A stretch of DNA of 64,000 nucleotides, from positions 192,001 to 256,000 of the forward strand of contig CAWGED010000005.1 in assembly GCA_963821525.1 (NCBI GenBank). Reading direction: 5' to 3'. A model generated the notes under the pieces. That model searched no databases. It worked only from the letters and a program-made list of their open reading frames with translations, and had not been told where the DNA came from. Source of the DNA: an uncultured Gemmatimonadales bacterium (GTDB lineage: Bacteria; Gemmatimonadota; Gemmatimonadetes; Gemmatimonadales; GWC2-71-9). This document shows, one piece after another, positions 21,927 through 35,599 of the stretch. The position numbers and the translations under genes are program-made. Position 1 is the stretch's first letter. Every line of letters begins with the position of its first letter.

Positions 21927-22967
21927 TTACCGCCTCAGGGTCACATCCCCCGACCCGGTCTCGATATCAATCCTCCCCTGACCGTCCCCCAGCTTCGCGA
22001 TCAGTTTGCCTTCCTCTTTACGGATCAACTGGACCGGAAAGTCCACCTGGAATTCGCCGCTCCCGGTCTCGAGGCTCAGCTCGGCTCCGACAGCTTCTGG
22101 AATTCGCAGGGTGACATTGCCGGAACCGGTCTCCGCGTCCAGCGAATTGACGTCGGTCTCGAGGGTCACCTCCACGTCGCCGCTCCCGGCGCTCAGCTCG
22201 AGGTCGGTGGACTTGGCGGCGGCGATCGTGATGTTGCCCGAACCGGTCTCGATGTCGAGCCGGGGCGATTCGATCTGGCTGCCTTGCACGTTGCCGCTCC
22301 CCGTCTCGATGTCGAGGACGGTTCCCTTGAACGTGGTTACCCTGACGTCTCCCGAACCGGTGTCGATATTGAGCGTGCCGCTGGCCGTCGTCGCCTCGAC
22401 GTTGCCCGATCCCGTGTCCACGTGGAGCTGACCGCCGACCGAGGTCATCCGGATATCGCCTGAAGCGGCGTCCAGGCTGATGTCTCCATTCACATTCGAG
22501 GCCTCAATCTTCCCCACGCCAAGGAATACGGCGATTCGCTGGCCCTCGGGTACTCGAACCGTGATGTCGGCATGGGCCTCGAGGCCGTCACCGTCGCCTC
22601 TTACCGAGATGCGGCGGGAGTGCTTGCCGCTGTCGCCCCAGGTCCCGTCGTCATTGACGCTGAAGTTGGAATTGGAGTGGCGGCCGAGAGCGGGATAGAC
22701 GATGTGATCTTCGGGGAAATTGACTCGGATCGCCGGGCGACCCCTGATCGAGGTGGATTCAACCGTGAGCTTGCCGGCGTCCTTGCCACCCGGCCTCACT
22801 TCGACCTGGACCGAAGGGCCGCTCCCTCGCTCAACCGTCATCTCGCCGACCAGATCGTATACCGCCACGTCCTGGCCCTGCAGAGTGAAGGTCTTGGTTT
22901 GAGCCGCGGCGACAGCGGGGAAGGCAGCCAGCACTGCTACGAGTGTAGAAGAAAGGGCGCGCATCAT
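21927..22967 (-). CDS. DUF4097 (adhesin-like) beta-strand repeat protein
   Basis: Signal peptide; repeated D/E-TGSG-N/D-V units. Confidence 0.85.
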   Translation of the reverse strand: MMRALSSTLVAVLAAFPAVAAAQTKTFTLQGQDVAVYDLVGEMTVERGSGPSVQVEVRPGGKDAGKLTVESTSIRGRPAIRVNFPEDHIVYPALGRHSNSNFSVNDDGTWGDSGKHSRRISVRGDGDGLEAHADITVRVPEGQRIAVFLGVGKIEASNVNGDISLDAASGDIRMTSVGGQLHVDTGSGNVEATTASGTLNIDTGSGDVRVTTFKGTVLDIETGSGNVQGSQIESPRLDIETGSGNITIAAAKSTDLELSAGSGDVEVTLETDVNSLDAETGSGNVTLRIPEAVGAELSLETGSGEFQVDFPVQLIRKEEGKLIAKLGDGQGRIDIETGSGDVTLRR

Positions 22968-23086
22968 GTTCTCCGGGGAGCGGTGCTGGCTTTGACGGGC
23001 CCGGGAGAGGGAAGGTTGCACCAGCCTATCGCCCACAGGCTTGGGGCGGCATACTACACCTGTCTTTTCGGGAAAGGTCAGCGAGG

Positions 23087-23937
23087 ATGGCGCGGGATCT
23101 TCTGCCCATGGTGCGGCAGGCACTAAGCGGGCGTTATGAAGTCGATCGCGAGATCGGCCGGGGCGGAGCCGCACGGGTGTTCGCCGCGCGGGCCAGCGAT
23201 GGGAGACTGGTGGCCCTCAAGGTCCTGCATCCCCAGCTTGCCGCCAGCGTTGCCGCGGAGCGTTTCTTCCGGGAGATCCATCACCTGGCACCGCTGGAGC
23301 ATCCCCACATCGCCCGTCTGATTGACTACGGTGAGGAAGACTGGGTCCTCTACTACGTGATGGATTACGTCGAAGGGCCTACCCTCAAGCAACATCTTCA
23401 GGCGGTGCGGCGGGCAGGGATCAGCGATACGCTGCGAATCGCGCATGACGTGCTGGATGCCCTGGCCTGCGCTCATGACCGGGGCATCGTGCACCGAGAC
23501 GTCAAGCCGGAAAACATTCTGCTGGCACCTCAGGGTGCGGTGCTCGTGGATTTTGGGATCGCGCGGGCAGTCTCCCAGGCCGGGGCGGACCGGCTGACCC
23601 GTTCAGGCTTCGCCGTCGGCACTTCGGCCTACATGAGCCCGGAGCAGATCGCCGGTTCCGACGATATCGACGCCCGCTCCGATATCTATTCGCTGGGGTG
23701 TGTGCTGTTCGAATGCCCTGGCTGGACGACCGCCCTACGAGGATCCGCTTCGAGGATGCCGTGTTGCGGCTCCACCGGACCGCTCCGGTTCCATCGGTTC
23801 TGGAACGCCGGGAAGACACGCCGCCGGCACTCGCGGAGGCCATTCACCGCGCGATGGCGAAAGATCCTGCGGACCGGTGGCCCAGCGCCCAGATGATGCG
23901 TTCGGCCCTGCCCGAGTTGGAACCCTCCCCCCGCTAG
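23087..23937 (+). CDS. Ser/Thr protein kinase (frameshift ~23720)
   Basis: IGRGGAARV, VALK, HRDVKPEN, DFG, YMSPEQ, SDIYSLG. Confidence 0.93.
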
Positions 23938-23943
23938 CTCCGC

Positions 23944-24456
23944 TCAGCTCGTCTCACTCAAGACCCTCTGGTATTCGTGCAGGTCCGTCTCGCTGAAACA
24001 GACGAACCGTACCAGCTCCACGTTCGGATGAGTTCGGACCGTATCGCGCACGGTGCGCACCGCGATTTCCGTCGCCTGATCCAGCGGGTAGCCGTAGATC
24101 CCGGTGCTGATGGCGGGGAATGCGATGGATCGAAGCCCGTACTCGTCCGCCAGCTCGAGTGACCGCCGGTAACAACTGGCCAAATCGTCCGGTTCTCCCT
24201 TGGCGCCACCGTGCCACACCGGGCCGACGGCGTGAATCACATGGCTGGCCTTGAGAGCAAATCCCGGAGTAATCCGGGCATCTCCGGTCGGGCAGCCTCC
24301 CAGTTCGGCGCAGGCCCTGGCTAACTCGGGGCCAGCTGCCCTGTGGATGGCGCCGCAAACTCCCCCGCCCGGAGCGAGCGAGGAGTTGGCGGCATTGACG
24401 ATGGCGTCGGTGGTTTCCTGCGTGATATCGCCGCTTACGGCGAGCAACCTGGACAT
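23944..24456 (-). CDS. Macro domain O-acetyl-ADP-ribose deacetylase (YmdB-like)
   Basis: [36 protein letters not shown]. Confidence 0.93.
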   Translation of the reverse strand: MSRLLAVSGDITQETTDAIVNAANSSLAPGGGVCGAIHRAAGPELARACAELGGCPTGDARITPGFALKASHVIHAVGPVWHGGAKGEPDDLASCYRRSLELADEYGLRSIAFPAISTGIYGYPLDQATEIAVRTVRDTVRTHPNVELVRFVCFSETDLHEYQRVLSETS

Positions 24457-25557
24457 TACGACAACACCCGTCGCTGCAGCCTCCCTTCCGGATGCTGGGC
24501 TGCTTCGGTCGCGAAGGGGAGATCACACGCGGCGCCGCCGGCACCGACCAGGACGCCGAAGACGTCCGCGGCCTCCACGTCGGGCACCTGTTGCAGCGCC
24601 AACGACAATCCGCGGCCGAGGCAGGCGAGATCCGCGTTCGCGGCACTCCAGCGCGAATCGGTTCCATCGGGACGCCGGGCTACGAGCAATGGCACCGGAC
24701 TCGGATCCGAAGGGAGCCCATCGAGCACCGGGATGTCGAGCGCAGTGGAGAGTCGCCGCCAGCCTTCCCAATTGTCGGTCGAGATCAAGCAGGTGAAGCG
24801 CCATCCCTGTTCTCGAGTGAGTTGGGCGAAGGCGTCCAGCAACTGGCCTTCGGTCGGTGGCGCGACACTGGAGGTGGATGTGAGCGGCACCGCGCCCGTC
24901 TCCGCGAACCAGCGGCGGGGAAGAGGGATGTTGTCGGGACGCTGGCCGGGGAACGCGGCGTAGCGGCGGGTCACCCTGACCTGGCGCTCCGCCTCGGCGC
25001 GTTGTTCGGGGAACTCTGCCGCCTCGGCGGCGCCCTCGAAAGAAACCTCGGCGGCGAGGTACCGTCCCGCCTGCCGAAGGACCTTCCCTCTGAGGTGAAG
25101 AGTTCCGCTATGGGGCTCCAGTGCGAAGGCACGGTCCAGTGCCATGAGGGCCCGGGAATACTCGCCCAGCCGGTACGCTGCGTACCCTGCCTCATGCCAT
25201 ACGATGCCCAGATTGGGATCCCGTGGCAGCTGCCTCTTCCAGCGCGGCGAGCCCGTCGCGATAGCGTCCCAGCTCCACCAGCGCCGCACCCCGGAGCGCC
25301 GGGCCGAGCGCATCGTCGCCAAAGCGGCTCATCGCCTTCTCGCTCAAATCCAGCGCGTCTTCGAAGCGGCGGTGGTGTCGCAGCAACCCGAAGTACTCGA
25401 GCCAGGCCGCGCGCAGGTCGGGTTCCTGTTCCAATACGGTGCGGTAGGCGAGGTCGGCGTCGTGGGCCCGGCCCTCGTGCAGCAATCTCCGGGGACGGGA
25501 GAGAATGCGGTCGGAGTGCTCACCGCTGAAGACCCGGTACTGGCCAGTCGAGAACAT
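24456..25557 (-). CDS. Tetratricopeptide repeat protein (frameshift ~25220)
   Basis: TPR-like helices in two adjacent frames (25192-25557 and 24456-25322). Confidence 0.7.
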
Positions 25558-25648
25558 GAGCGCGAATGTATCCGGCCCGCGACCGAGCGCTAGAGGTCAA
25601 TCGTCCCTCACTTTTCCCCCGTCCGATGACTCAGTAGTTTCCTCTCCC

Positions 25649-27016
25649 ATGCCAAACCATACCCTTGCCCGCTCGCACGATCTCCTGCTCGGCGAACTGA
25701 CCGAGTTCCTGTCCATCCCCAGCATCAGCGCGCTCCCCAACCACGCCCCCGACTGTCGTAAGGCCGCTGAGTGGCTACTCGCTGATCTTCGGCGGCTGGG
25801 CTGCCCGGTCGCGACCCTCATCGAGGGAGACGGGCAGCCCGTGGTCTGGGCCGAAAGCCCGCCGGTCCCCGGCGCCCCGACGCTGCTGATCTACGGCCAC
25901 TACGATGTCCAGCCGGTCGATCCTCTCGACGAATGGGTCACACCGCCATTCACGCCGACGGTTCGGGACGGCAAGCTGTACGCCCGCGGTTCCGCCGACG
26001 ACAAAGGCCAGGTCTTCTGTCTTCTCAGGGCGTATGAGGCGCTCTGCGATACCACTGGCCACCCGCCCCTCAACGTCCATTTCATCTTCGAGGGCGAGGA
26101 GGAGAGTGGGGGCCACGTCATCTACGACCTGCTCAAGCGGGAACCCGAGCGGACCAAGGCCGATGTCGTCCTGGTGTGTGACATGTCCTACTACGCCAGC
26201 GGGTATCCCGCGGTGTACACGGCGCTGCGCGGCATGTGCTACGCCGAGATATCGGTGCGCACTCTGCGGCGGGACCTCCACTCGGGAACTTATGGCGGTG
26301 TCGCGCCCAACGCGGTCGAGACGCTGGTGCATCTGCTCCATGATTTGAAGAGCGAAGACGGGCGGATCCACATCCCCAAGCTCTACAAATCGGTGAAGCC
26401 GCCCTCAAAGCTGGAGCTGAGAACCTGGAAGCGGCTCCCGTTCAAGAAGAAGCAGTTCCTTCAGGAGGAGGTGACCGGCAAGGGACTGACCGGCTTGAGG
26501 AAGTACTCGGTGTTCGAGCGCACCTGGGCGCTTCCCACCTTCGAAATTCACGGCATCAAGGGTGGATTCGTTGGCGATGGAGCAAAGACGGTGATTCCCG
26601 CTCAGGCGACCGCGAAGGTGAGTCTCCGGCTGGTCCCGGGGCTGAGCTTCGATGCGGTCCAGAAGTGGCTGACCCGTGCGGCGCAGCGCGCGGCTCCATC
26701 GTACGCCGAGGTCCAGGTCAAGATCCTGCACGGAGGGGATCCAGTTCAGGTGGACGTCAACCATCCGGCATTCGCGGCGCTCGACGAAGCGTTCAAGGAA
26801 GGCACCGGGCGAGAGGCGGTGCGGGTGCGGGCCGGCGGTTCGATTCCGATCGTGCCTCAACTGGGTGCCATGGGTGCGCCGGTCGTTCTCACCGGCATCG
26901 GGCTTCCCGATGACGGGCTGCACTCTCCCAATGAAAAACTGGATCTGCAGCAGCTGTGGGACGGGATCGGAATCTTTGCGAGCTTCATGGAGAAGCTGGC
27001 GCAACGCGGGACGTAA
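25649..27016 (+). CDS. M20 family dipeptidase
   Basis: YGHYDVQP, ARGSADDKGQ, EGEEESG, DLHSG, HSPNEK. Confidence 0.93.
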   Translation: MPNHTLARSHDLLLGELTEFLSIPSISALPNHAPDCRKAAEWLLADLRRLGCPVATLIEGDGQPVVWAESPPVPGAPTLLIYGHYDVQPVDPLDEWVTPPFTPTVRDGKLYARGSADDKGQVFCLLRAYEALCDTTGHPPLNVHFIFEGEEESGGHVIYDLLKREPERTKADVVLVCDMSYYASGYPAVYTALRGMCYAEISVRTLRRDLHSGTYGGVAPNAVETLVHLLHDLKSEDGRIHIPKLYKSVKPPSKLELRTWKRLPFKKKQFLQEEVTGKGLTGLRKYSVFERTWALPTFEIHGIKGGFVGDGAKTVIPAQATAKVSLRLVPGLSFDAVQKWLTRAAQRAAPSYAEVQVKILHGGDPVQVDVNHPAFAALDEAFKEGTGREAVRVRAGGSIPIVPQLGAMGAPVVLTGIGLPDDGLHSPNEKLDLQQLWDGIGIFASFMEKLAQRGT

Positions 27017-27167
27017 GAAGTAAGAAGTAGGACGTGAGTAGTACGCGACTGCGGACGTGATACGTGGACTAGGCAAAAGCAAGCCTCCGCGCAGTCGAGG
27101 CGGAGGCTTCTGTTTTGTCTCACGTCTCTCACTTCTCACTTCTTACTCCTTACTCCTACTCTTACTG
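27014..27167. repeat. Inverted TAAGAAG/CTCACTT heptamer arrays around a terminator hairpin
   Basis: taagaagtaagaagtaggacgtgag...aagcctccgc/gcggaggctt...ctcacttctcacttcttactccttact. Confidence 0.8.
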
Positions 27168-27716
27168 CTCGTCCTCCTCCTGCACCACCCTCTTTCCTCC
27201 GGCGTACTGCGCCTCGGTCCGGGCATGCAGCTCGTCTACTCCGACAACCGCACGCACCGACGCCACGATTCCGGCCACGACGTCTTCCGACCAGTAGGGA
27301 TCAGGCCGCTCTGAGGCAGGCAGGCCGGCCGCACACGATTCGAGAAACTGAATCGCCGTCGTGATCCACTCCGACTGGGCGCTCGGCACCAGGGCCCAGG
27401 ATCCCGTCGCTTTCAGCTCCAACTCGGTGAGTCCCGCGAGTTCCTTCTCGACTCCCGAGGTTACGGCGCTGGAGGAAAGGCGCTTGGCCACGAGAGAGAG
27501 CACGGTGCGACGCTCCGTTTCCTGCGGCTCGGGCAACGGTGCCAAATAGTGTCGTTGATCCGCCACCATCTCGCCCAGCCGGATGCATACCGCGCGCACC
27601 GCTGGTTGCAACGCAGGCGGAGCCTCCCGGGCCCAGCCTGCTGCAGCCTTCAGAATATCGTTCACCCGCTGGTCCGCCTGCGACTCCGGACTCGGCCGGT
27701 CTGTGCTTTCTGCCAT
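27162..27716 (-). CDS. Hypothetical protein
   Basis: Helical ORF co-oriented with the upstream operon; no motif recognised. Confidence 0.55.
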   Translation of the reverse strand: MAESTDRPSPESQADQRVNDILKAAAGWAREAPPALQPAVRAVCIRLGEMVADQRHYLAPLPEPQETERRTVLSLVAKRLSSSAVTSGVEKELAGLTELELKATGSWALVPSAQSEWITTAIQFLESCAAGLPASERPDPYWSEDVVAGIVASVRAVVGVDELHARTEAQYAGGKRVVQEEDEQ

Positions 27717-27761
27717 AGGACTCACAGAATCGCCCCAAGGCGCCCGAAAGGCAATGCCCCG

Positions 27762-28389
27762 TCACGATCTGGGGCCTCGCCGCATTCGCACCGGATCGGG
27801 TCGGCCGTATCGCTCTTCGGCCCAGGGCTCGCCGCGCTTGTGATAGCCGTTCTGCTCCCAGAATCCGGGGTAGTCTTCCTCGAGGAACTCGAACCCCGTC
27901 ACCCATTTGGCGCTCTTCCACAAGTAGAGGTGCGGAATCAGCAGCCGAACCGGACCGCCGTGTTCCGGATCCAGATCGCTTCCATTGTGAGTCAAGGCGA
28001 GGAGATTGGCCGGCCGATCGAGGTCGGAGAGGGGGAGATTCGTGGTGTACCCTTGTTCCGCATGCACGAGGACGAAGCGAGCCTCGGGCTTGACCTTCGC
28101 CCGCTGGATGATGGACTGGACCGGAATCCCGCCAAACACATTGTCGTAGCGGCTCCAGCGCGTCACGCAGTGAATGTCGCAGACAGTTTCCTGACGGGGC
28201 AGCCCCATGTAGCTCGTCCCAGGTGAGCTCGAAGGGCTGTTCCACCGCTCCCCAGACGCGGAAGCGCCAGGTGGCGAGGTCAACCTTGGGTACTGTCCCG
28301 TAGTGAAGGACGGGCCACTTCACCGTGACAATCTGTCCCGGTGGAAGCCGTTTCCCTTCCTGGTTGCGGACGTCAACGCGATCGGTCAT
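27762..28389 (-). CDS. Sulfite oxidase-like molybdopterin-binding oxidoreductase (frameshift ~28210)
   Basis: RLPPGQ..KWPVLH, DIHCVTRWS, EHGGPVRL, WKSAKWV, GFWEQNGYH. Confidence 0.9.
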
Positions 28390-28493
28390 TGCGGGCTCCG
28401 ACTGAAGTAACCTGTGAACCAGTTCTTAACGCCGGCTGGCCTCGGTTGGTTCTCTCGATCGGAGGAACTATTGAAAGGCCGCTGTGGGCCGGC

Positions 28494-29223
28494 TCAGGCA
28501 GGAACGGCCGGAAGGAAGCGGGGCAGTGTCGCGGGGATCGCTTCTCGGCTCAGTATCTTCGCGACCTCCTGAATCACCGACTCCCGAGTCGCCTGCCACA
28601 AATCGGCACCGTGCAGCCTCGTGTCTCCATCAGCCGCATCGGCCCAGGCGCCTTCCCGTTCGACGGAGGTCATCTCCACTCCGGCGTATCCCGCAGGGAA
28701 TGATGAGATTGAAACCGGATTCCTCATCCAGGACATTCAACGCGAAGCCATGGGTTGTAACCCACTGCCGGACGTGAATGCCGATGCTCGCGATCTTCCG
28801 CCCTCCGGTCCAGACTCCGGTCAGCCCCGCTGTGCGCTCCGCGGTGATCCCCAATCTTTCGAGCGCTGAAATGAGGCCTGCCTCGAGCTGGCGCAGATAC
28901 CAGTGCAGGTCCTGGCGATGGTGGTGGAGATCGAGAATCGGATAGCCGACCAACTGCCCGGGGCCGTGGTAGGTCACATCGCCACCCCGCTCCACTTCCG
29001 CCACCTCCAGCCCCTTCGCAGCCAGTGCCGCCGGAGAGAAGGGAAGGCTGCTTTCGCGGGTGCCGCGACCGAGGGTCACGACGGGATCATGCTGCACCAG
29101 CAGCAAGATGTCATCGCTGATCTCGCCGGCGATACGGCGATCGGCAAGGTCCCGCTGCAACCGGTGAACCTCGTCGTAGCCCCGACGGCCGAGGTCGATC
29201 ACGTAGAGCGGAGGATTACTCAT
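28494..29223 (-). CDS. lipB: Lipoyl(octanoyl) transferase (frameshift ~28685)
   Basis: QHDPVVTLG, RGGDVTYHGPGQLVGYP, KIASIG, HGFALN, IIPCGI. Confidence 0.93.
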
Positions 29224-29642
29224 TGGGGGCGTGGCTGTCGGGCGCGACCAAGCCAGAGGCAGGCTAGAACCGCCGCGGCGGCCAGAGCGAGGAGACCCAT
29301 GCGCCCGAAGGCGCGGTCGAGCGGCATCGCGATGAGAGCGGCGACGAGCGACGCGAATCCGGCCACGAGCGAGAATGCCCCCCGCCGGTACAGCGATTCG
29401 ACCGGCCTCAGCAGCGACCAGGTCGCGGCACCGCCCGCGAGCACACCGGCCAAGGTTCCAATCAACAGGAGCATGGCCTGGGGACCGCCGGTCTCAGGCG
29501 AGGTCGTAGGGGGAGACTGCAGTTGCAGGGTGCGCACGAGCCACAGGACCATCGCGATGACTGCCGTGCCGAACAGCACCCCGAAGGGGAGAGCGCGGAG
29601 CACAAGGCCGAGCTGGTGCGCCTCCTCGTCTTCGTTCAGCAA
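29220..29642 (-). CDS. Hypothetical membrane protein (about 4 TM)
   Basis: Hydrophobic ORF overlapping the lipB start. Confidence 0.65.
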   Translation of the reverse strand: MLNEDEEAHQLGLVLRALPFGVLFGTAVIAMVLWLVRTLQLQSPPTTSPETGGPQAMLLLIGTLAGVLAGGAATWSLLRPVESLYRRGAFSLVAGFASLVAALIAMPLDRAFGRMGLLALAAAAVLACLWLGRARQPRPQ

Positions 29643-29657
29643 TTAGCCTTCCCGTTC

Positions 29658-29770
29658 GATTGAAGATTGAAGATTTCAGATTGAAGATTAAATGCGTTTC
29701 CGCTGGACCTTGGCGATGGCAGATTCGAAACTGAAACAATCTGCAATCTGAAATCTTCAATCTGAAATCC
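29658..29770. repeat. Inverted GATTGAA/TTCAATC heptamer arrays
   Basis: gattgaagattgaagatttcagattgaagatt...aatctgcaatctgaaatcttcaatctgaaatc. Confidence 0.8.
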
Positions 29771-31166
29771 TCAGATGTGCAGCACCCGGCCCATCGAATC
29801 GAGCGCTGCCTCGGCGATCGCCTCGGAGAGTGTCGGGTGGGCATGGATCGCCAGATCCACTTCCTCGACGGTGTATTCGTTCTCCCGGGCCACGGCGAGT
29901 TCATGGATCATCTCTGATGCGTGAGACGCCACGATATGGGCTCCGAGGATCTCGCCGTACTTCTTATCGCGAATGATTTTTACGAAGCCTTCTGTCTCGT
30001 TCGACGCGCGGGCTCTTCCGTTGGCGCTGAAGGGGAACCGGCCTACCTGGTAGTCAAGCTTCTTTTCCTTGCACTGATCCTCGGTCAGCCCGATGCTGGC
30101 GACTTCCGGATGGCAATAGGTTACGCTGGGCACATTGTCGTAGCGGATCGGATGGGGCTTGTGGCCCGCGAGCAGCTCGGCCACGAACACCCCCTCACGG
30201 CTCCCCTTGTGGGCCAGCATGGGAGGCCCGGCCACGTCGCCGATGCAATAGACCCCGGGCGCGGTCGTCTCGAGAGTCGCAAGGTTGACCTTGACGAACC
30301 CCCGCTGGTCCAACTGCACTCCCGCTTCCTTGAATCCCATGTTTTCCGTGTTCACCGCGCGACCCGCGGCCATGAGCACCTTCTCCGCCTGCACCGTTTC
30401 GGTCTTGCCGCCCACTTCAACCGTCAGCGTCACCTTGTCCTTGCTCGACCTGGGCCTTGGTGACCTTGGCACCCGCGAACACATCCATCTTCCGCTTCCG
30501 GAAGCTTTTGCTGATCACATCCGATGATTCGGCGTCCTCCAGCGGAAGGATCCGAGGCAGCGCCTCGATGAGCGTGACCTTCGACCCGAAGGCGTTGAAG
30601 ATGTCGGCAAACTCGCAACCGACCGCTCCTGCTCCGATCACCGCGACCGAGGCCGGCAGTTTCTCCAGGAAGAGCGCCTCATCGGAGCTGATGACCGTCG
30701 TCTTGTTGATCTCGAGCCCGATCTGCGGAATGCCCTTCACTCGCGAGCCGGTCGCGATGATGACCGCCTTCTTGGCTTCGTGGGTCTCCCCGCCGACCTT
30801 CACTTTTTTCCCCGGAAGCAGGCTCCCCTCACCCTTCAACACCGTCACCTTGTGCTTCTTCATCAGGAACTCGACGCCCTTCGAGTTCTGCTCGGCGACT
30901 CGCCGCGACCGCTTCATCGCGACCCCGTAATCGGTCTTCACGCTGCCGACTTCGATGCCGAGGTCCTTCGCGTCGTGGGCGATGAGATTGGCCGTGTATG
31001 CGCTGTGAAGCAGCGCCTTGGTCGGGATACACCCGATATTGACGCACACCCCACCGAGTTTGTCTTTCTCCACGACGGCGGTGGCGAGCCCAAGCTGTGC
31101 GCACCGGATGGCGCAGACGTAGCCTGCAGGGCCACCGCCGAGGATGATCACATCAAACTGGGCCAC
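29771..31166 (-). CDS. lpdA: Dihydrolipoyl dehydrogenase (frameshift ~30450)
   Basis: GGGPAGY, GGVCVNIGCIPTKALL, IGAGAVGCE, HAHPTLSE. Confidence 0.96.
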
Positions 31167-31188
31167 ACTACCTCCAGAGGTCGTTGTC

Positions 31189-32509
<1,321 letters not shown>

Positions 32510-32556
32510 GCAGGTCCGAATTACCGTAACCGAGATGCTCAGTCTTACGGCCTGGC

Positions 32557-33540
32557 TTATGGCCCTGTATATGTCACCTTCCGCACCGCCGCCACCACCT
32601 TATCCGCATCCACTTTGGCCGCCTTCTCCAGCCGCTTGTTGTACGGCATGGGAACATCGGCGCCGGTGACTCGCAGTACCGGGGCATCCAACTCGTCGAA
32701 TACCTCGCGCTGGATCTCGTCCACTACCTGCGCCCCGACGCCGGCGAAGGGCCACCCTTCCTCGACTACGACGCAGCGGTGGGTCTTTCCGACCGACTCG
32801 AAGATGGCCGCCGTATCCAGCGGTCTGATGGTGCGAAGGTCGATGACTTCGGCCGAGATTCCGTCCGCTTCGAGCTGCTGCGCTGCCTTGAGTGCGATGG
32901 CGACCGTCTTCGCGTGGCAGACGAGCGTCACGTGCTCGCCGGGACGTTTGATGTCCGCGACCCCGATCGGAAGCGTGTACTCTCCTTCTGGCACTTCACC
33001 CTTCACGTTGTAGAGCATCTCGCCTTCCATGAACACGATCGGGTCGTCATCCCGGATCGCGCTCTTGAGCAGGCCCTTTGCGTCGGCCGGTGTCGCCGGC
33101 ATCACGACCTTCAAGCCGGGGATATTGGCGTACATGCTCTCGAACGACTGCGAGTGTTGCGAGGCGAGCTGCAGTGCGGCGCCTGACGGGCCGCGGAAGA
33201 CGATCGGAACTCCGACCTGCCCGCCGGACATGTAGCGCATCTTGGCCGCGGAATTCACCAGCTGGTCGATTGCGAGCAACGCGAAGTTCCAGGTCATGAA
33301 CTCGATGATCGGTCGCAGGCCAACCATCGCCGCCCCGACCCCGACTCCGGCGAATCCCAGCTCGGTGATCGGCGTATCCACGACCCGGTTGGGGCCGAAC
33401 TCCTCCAGCAGGCCGCGGCTCACCTTGTAAGCGCCCTGGTAGACCCCGACCTCCTCGCCCATGAGGAAGACATCGGGATCCCGTTGCATCTCCTCGCGGA
33501 GAGCCTGGTTGAGGGCGTCCCTGTATGTCAGTGTCGGCAT
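32557..33540 (-). CDS. pdhB: Pyruvate dehydrogenase E1 beta
   Basis: [29 protein letters not shown]. Confidence 0.96.
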   Translation of the reverse strand: MPTLTYRDALNQALREEMQRDPDVFLMGEEVGVYQGAYKVSRGLLEEFGPNRVVDTPITELGFAGVGVGAAMVGLRPIIEFMTWNFALLAIDQLVNSAAKMRYMSGGQVGVPIVFRGPSGAALQLASQHSQSFESMYANIPGLKVVMPATPADAKGLLKSAIRDDDPIVFMEGEMLYNVKGEVPEGEYTLPIGVADIKRPGEHVTLVCHAKTVAIALKAAQQLEADGISAEVIDLRTIRPLDTAAIFESVGKTHRCVVVEEGWPFAGVGAQVVDEIQREVFDELDAPVLRVTGADVPMPYNKRLEKAAKVDADKVVAAVRKVTYTGP

Positions 33541-33556
33541 GGTCTCGATTTCGCAG

Positions 33557-33631
33557 GTAGTGGGTTGTAGGTGGTAGGGAGTAGGTGCGGCATCCCCACT
33601 CCCTACTCCCCACTCCCTACTCCCTACTCCC
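33557..33631. repeat. Inverted GGGAGTA/TACTCCC heptamer arrays
   Basis: gtaggtggtagggagtagg...ccccactccctactccccactccctactccctactccc. Confidence 0.8.
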
Positions 33632-34640
33632 TGTTTTAACCGGCGCATACACATCCGTATACAACTCCTCCGGCTCCGGATCCTCCGCCGCATCCGCGAA
33701 GTCATAGGCATCCTGTACCTCTGCCACGACTTCCTTGTCCATCGCGGCGATCTGCTCGTCGGTGATGATGCCGTCGGCCTTGAGCTTCTCCTGCCAGAGC
33801 AGGATCGGATCCCGCTTGCGGTGCGCCTCCACCTCTTCCTTGGTCCGGTAGTGCCCGTGGATCGGGTCGGACATCGAGTGCCCGACAAATCGGTAGGTCC
33901 TGATCTCGAGAAGCGTCGGTGCTGCAGGTCGGCGGGCCCGGACCACTGCGCGGTCCATTGCGGCCATCACTTCCAGCAGATCCTGCCCGTCCACCACCTC
34001 TCGTGACATGTCGTACGAAGCGGCGCGCTCGGAGATGTTCCAGGTGGCGGTCGCCCGGTCGAGCGCGGTGCCCATCCCGTAGCCGGTTGTTCTCGCAGAT
34101 GAAGATGCAGGGCAGCTTCCAGATCCCCGCCATGTTCAGCGCCTCATGGAAGGCGCCGTTGTTGATCGCCGCCTCTCCGAAGAAACAGACCGCGACCTGA
34201 TCTTTCTCGCGGTACTTGATGGCGAAGCCGATTCCCGCGGCGAGCGGAATATGCCCGCCGACGATTCCGTGTCCTCCAAGGAAGCCGAGAGAGGCGTCGA
34301 ACAGGTGCATCGACCCGCCCTTGCCCTTCGAACACCCCGCCGCCTTGCCGAATAACTCGGCCATCACCGCGCGGGAGGATATCCCCCGCACCAGGGCCTG
34401 ACCGTGGTCGCGATAGGTGGTGACGATGTAGTCGTCGGGTCGCAGCTGAGACAGGCAGCCGACTCCCACCGCTTCCTGGCCGATGTAGAGGTGACAGAAC
34501 CCGCCGATCTTCCCCAGGCTGTACGCCTCGCCGGCCTTCTCCTCGAAGCGCCTGATGAGCAGCATCTGGCGGAGATACAGCCGGTACTTCTCGGCGAGCT
34601 TGGTGTCGGGCTTGCGCGAGGCCTTGGTGGAAGCGGTCAT
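33617..34640 (-). CDS. pdhA: Pyruvate dehydrogenase E1 alpha (frameshift ~34080)
   Basis: [35 protein letters not shown]. Confidence 0.95.
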
Positions 34641-35599
34641 GGTGTCAGAGCGGCCGAGCTAGCCGCCGAGCCGTCCTGTCGCCGAGCCGCCGCATCTGCC
34701 TGCTCCCAGGCGTGGTAGGACGACCGAGTCAGCGGGCTCGACTGAACGTGGGTGAATCCCAGATCCATTCCGATGTCTCGCAGCTCGTCGAATTCGGCCG
34801 GCGTGTAGTAACGGGCGATCGGCAGGTGAGCGGCGGAAGGCCGGAGATACTGGCCCAGCGTGAGAATATTCACGTCCTTGCGTCGCAGGTCCCGCATGCA
34901 GGTCACGATCTCGTCCCACTCCTCACCCATGCCGAGGATTACTCCCGACTTGGTCAGTCCTTCCGGGGCCATGCGGCGAGCCGCACCGAGAAGGTTCAGG
35001 GCGCGGTCGTAGCGTCCGCCCGGACGGGCCAGGCGGTACAGCCGCTCGCAGGTTTCCAGGTTGTGATTGAAGATGTCAGGCTTGGCCTCGAGCACGATGG
35101 CCAGCGCCGTCTCCGAACCCTTGAAATCCGGCGTCAGCACCTCGACCGTGGTTTCCGGCAAGCGCTGGTGGATTTCCGAGATGCACGCCGCAAATGCCTC
35201 GGCGCCACCGTTGGGGAGGTCGTCCCGGTCTACCGATGTGATGACCACGTGGCGCAGGCCCATCTCCGCCACGGCCTCAGCCAGTCGCACCGGCTCGAGC
35301 GGGTCGTAGGGTGCCGGAGTACCGTGCGAAACCGCGCAGTACGCGCAGTTCCTGGTGCACACGTCGCCCAGGATCATGAAGGTGGCGGCTTTGTGCTCCC
35401 AGCACTCGCCGATGTTGGGACAGCGAGCCTCTTCGCAGACCGTGTGAAGCCCGAGGTCTCGCATCAATTGCTGGATTTGCAGGTAGGTTGGTCCGCCCGG
35501 AGCCTTCACCTTGAGCCAAGCGGGCTTCCGGGGCGGTGGATTGGCAGGGACTGAGGTCAGCTCGTTGCTGCGAGTGAGCTGGACCAGCGGGAGAACCAT
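34637..35599 (-). CDS. lipA: Lipoyl synthase
   Basis: [34 protein letters not shown]. Confidence 0.97.
   Translation of the reverse strand: MVLPLVQLTRSNELTSVPANPPPRKPAWLKVKAPGGPTYLQIQQLMRDLGLHTVCEEARCPNIGECWEHKAATFMILGDVCTRNCAYCAVSHGTPAPYDPLEPVRLAEAVAEMGLRHVVITSVDRDDLPNGGAEAFAACISEIHQRLPETTVEVLTPDFKGSETALAIVLEAKPDIFNHNLETCERLYRLARPGGRYDRALNLLGAARRMAPEGLTKSGVILGMGEEWDEIVTCMRDLRRKDVNILTLGQYLRPSAAHLPIARYYTPAEFDELRDIGMDLGFTHVQSSPLTRSSYHAWEQADAAARRQDGSAASSAALTP

Noticed and set aside
23087..25557. Kinase + macro domain + TPR as an anti-phage or ADP-ribosylation system
   Set aside because: The kinase converges on the others, the macro protein is an ordinary YmdB type, and no ADP-ribosyltransferase or mobile context is present
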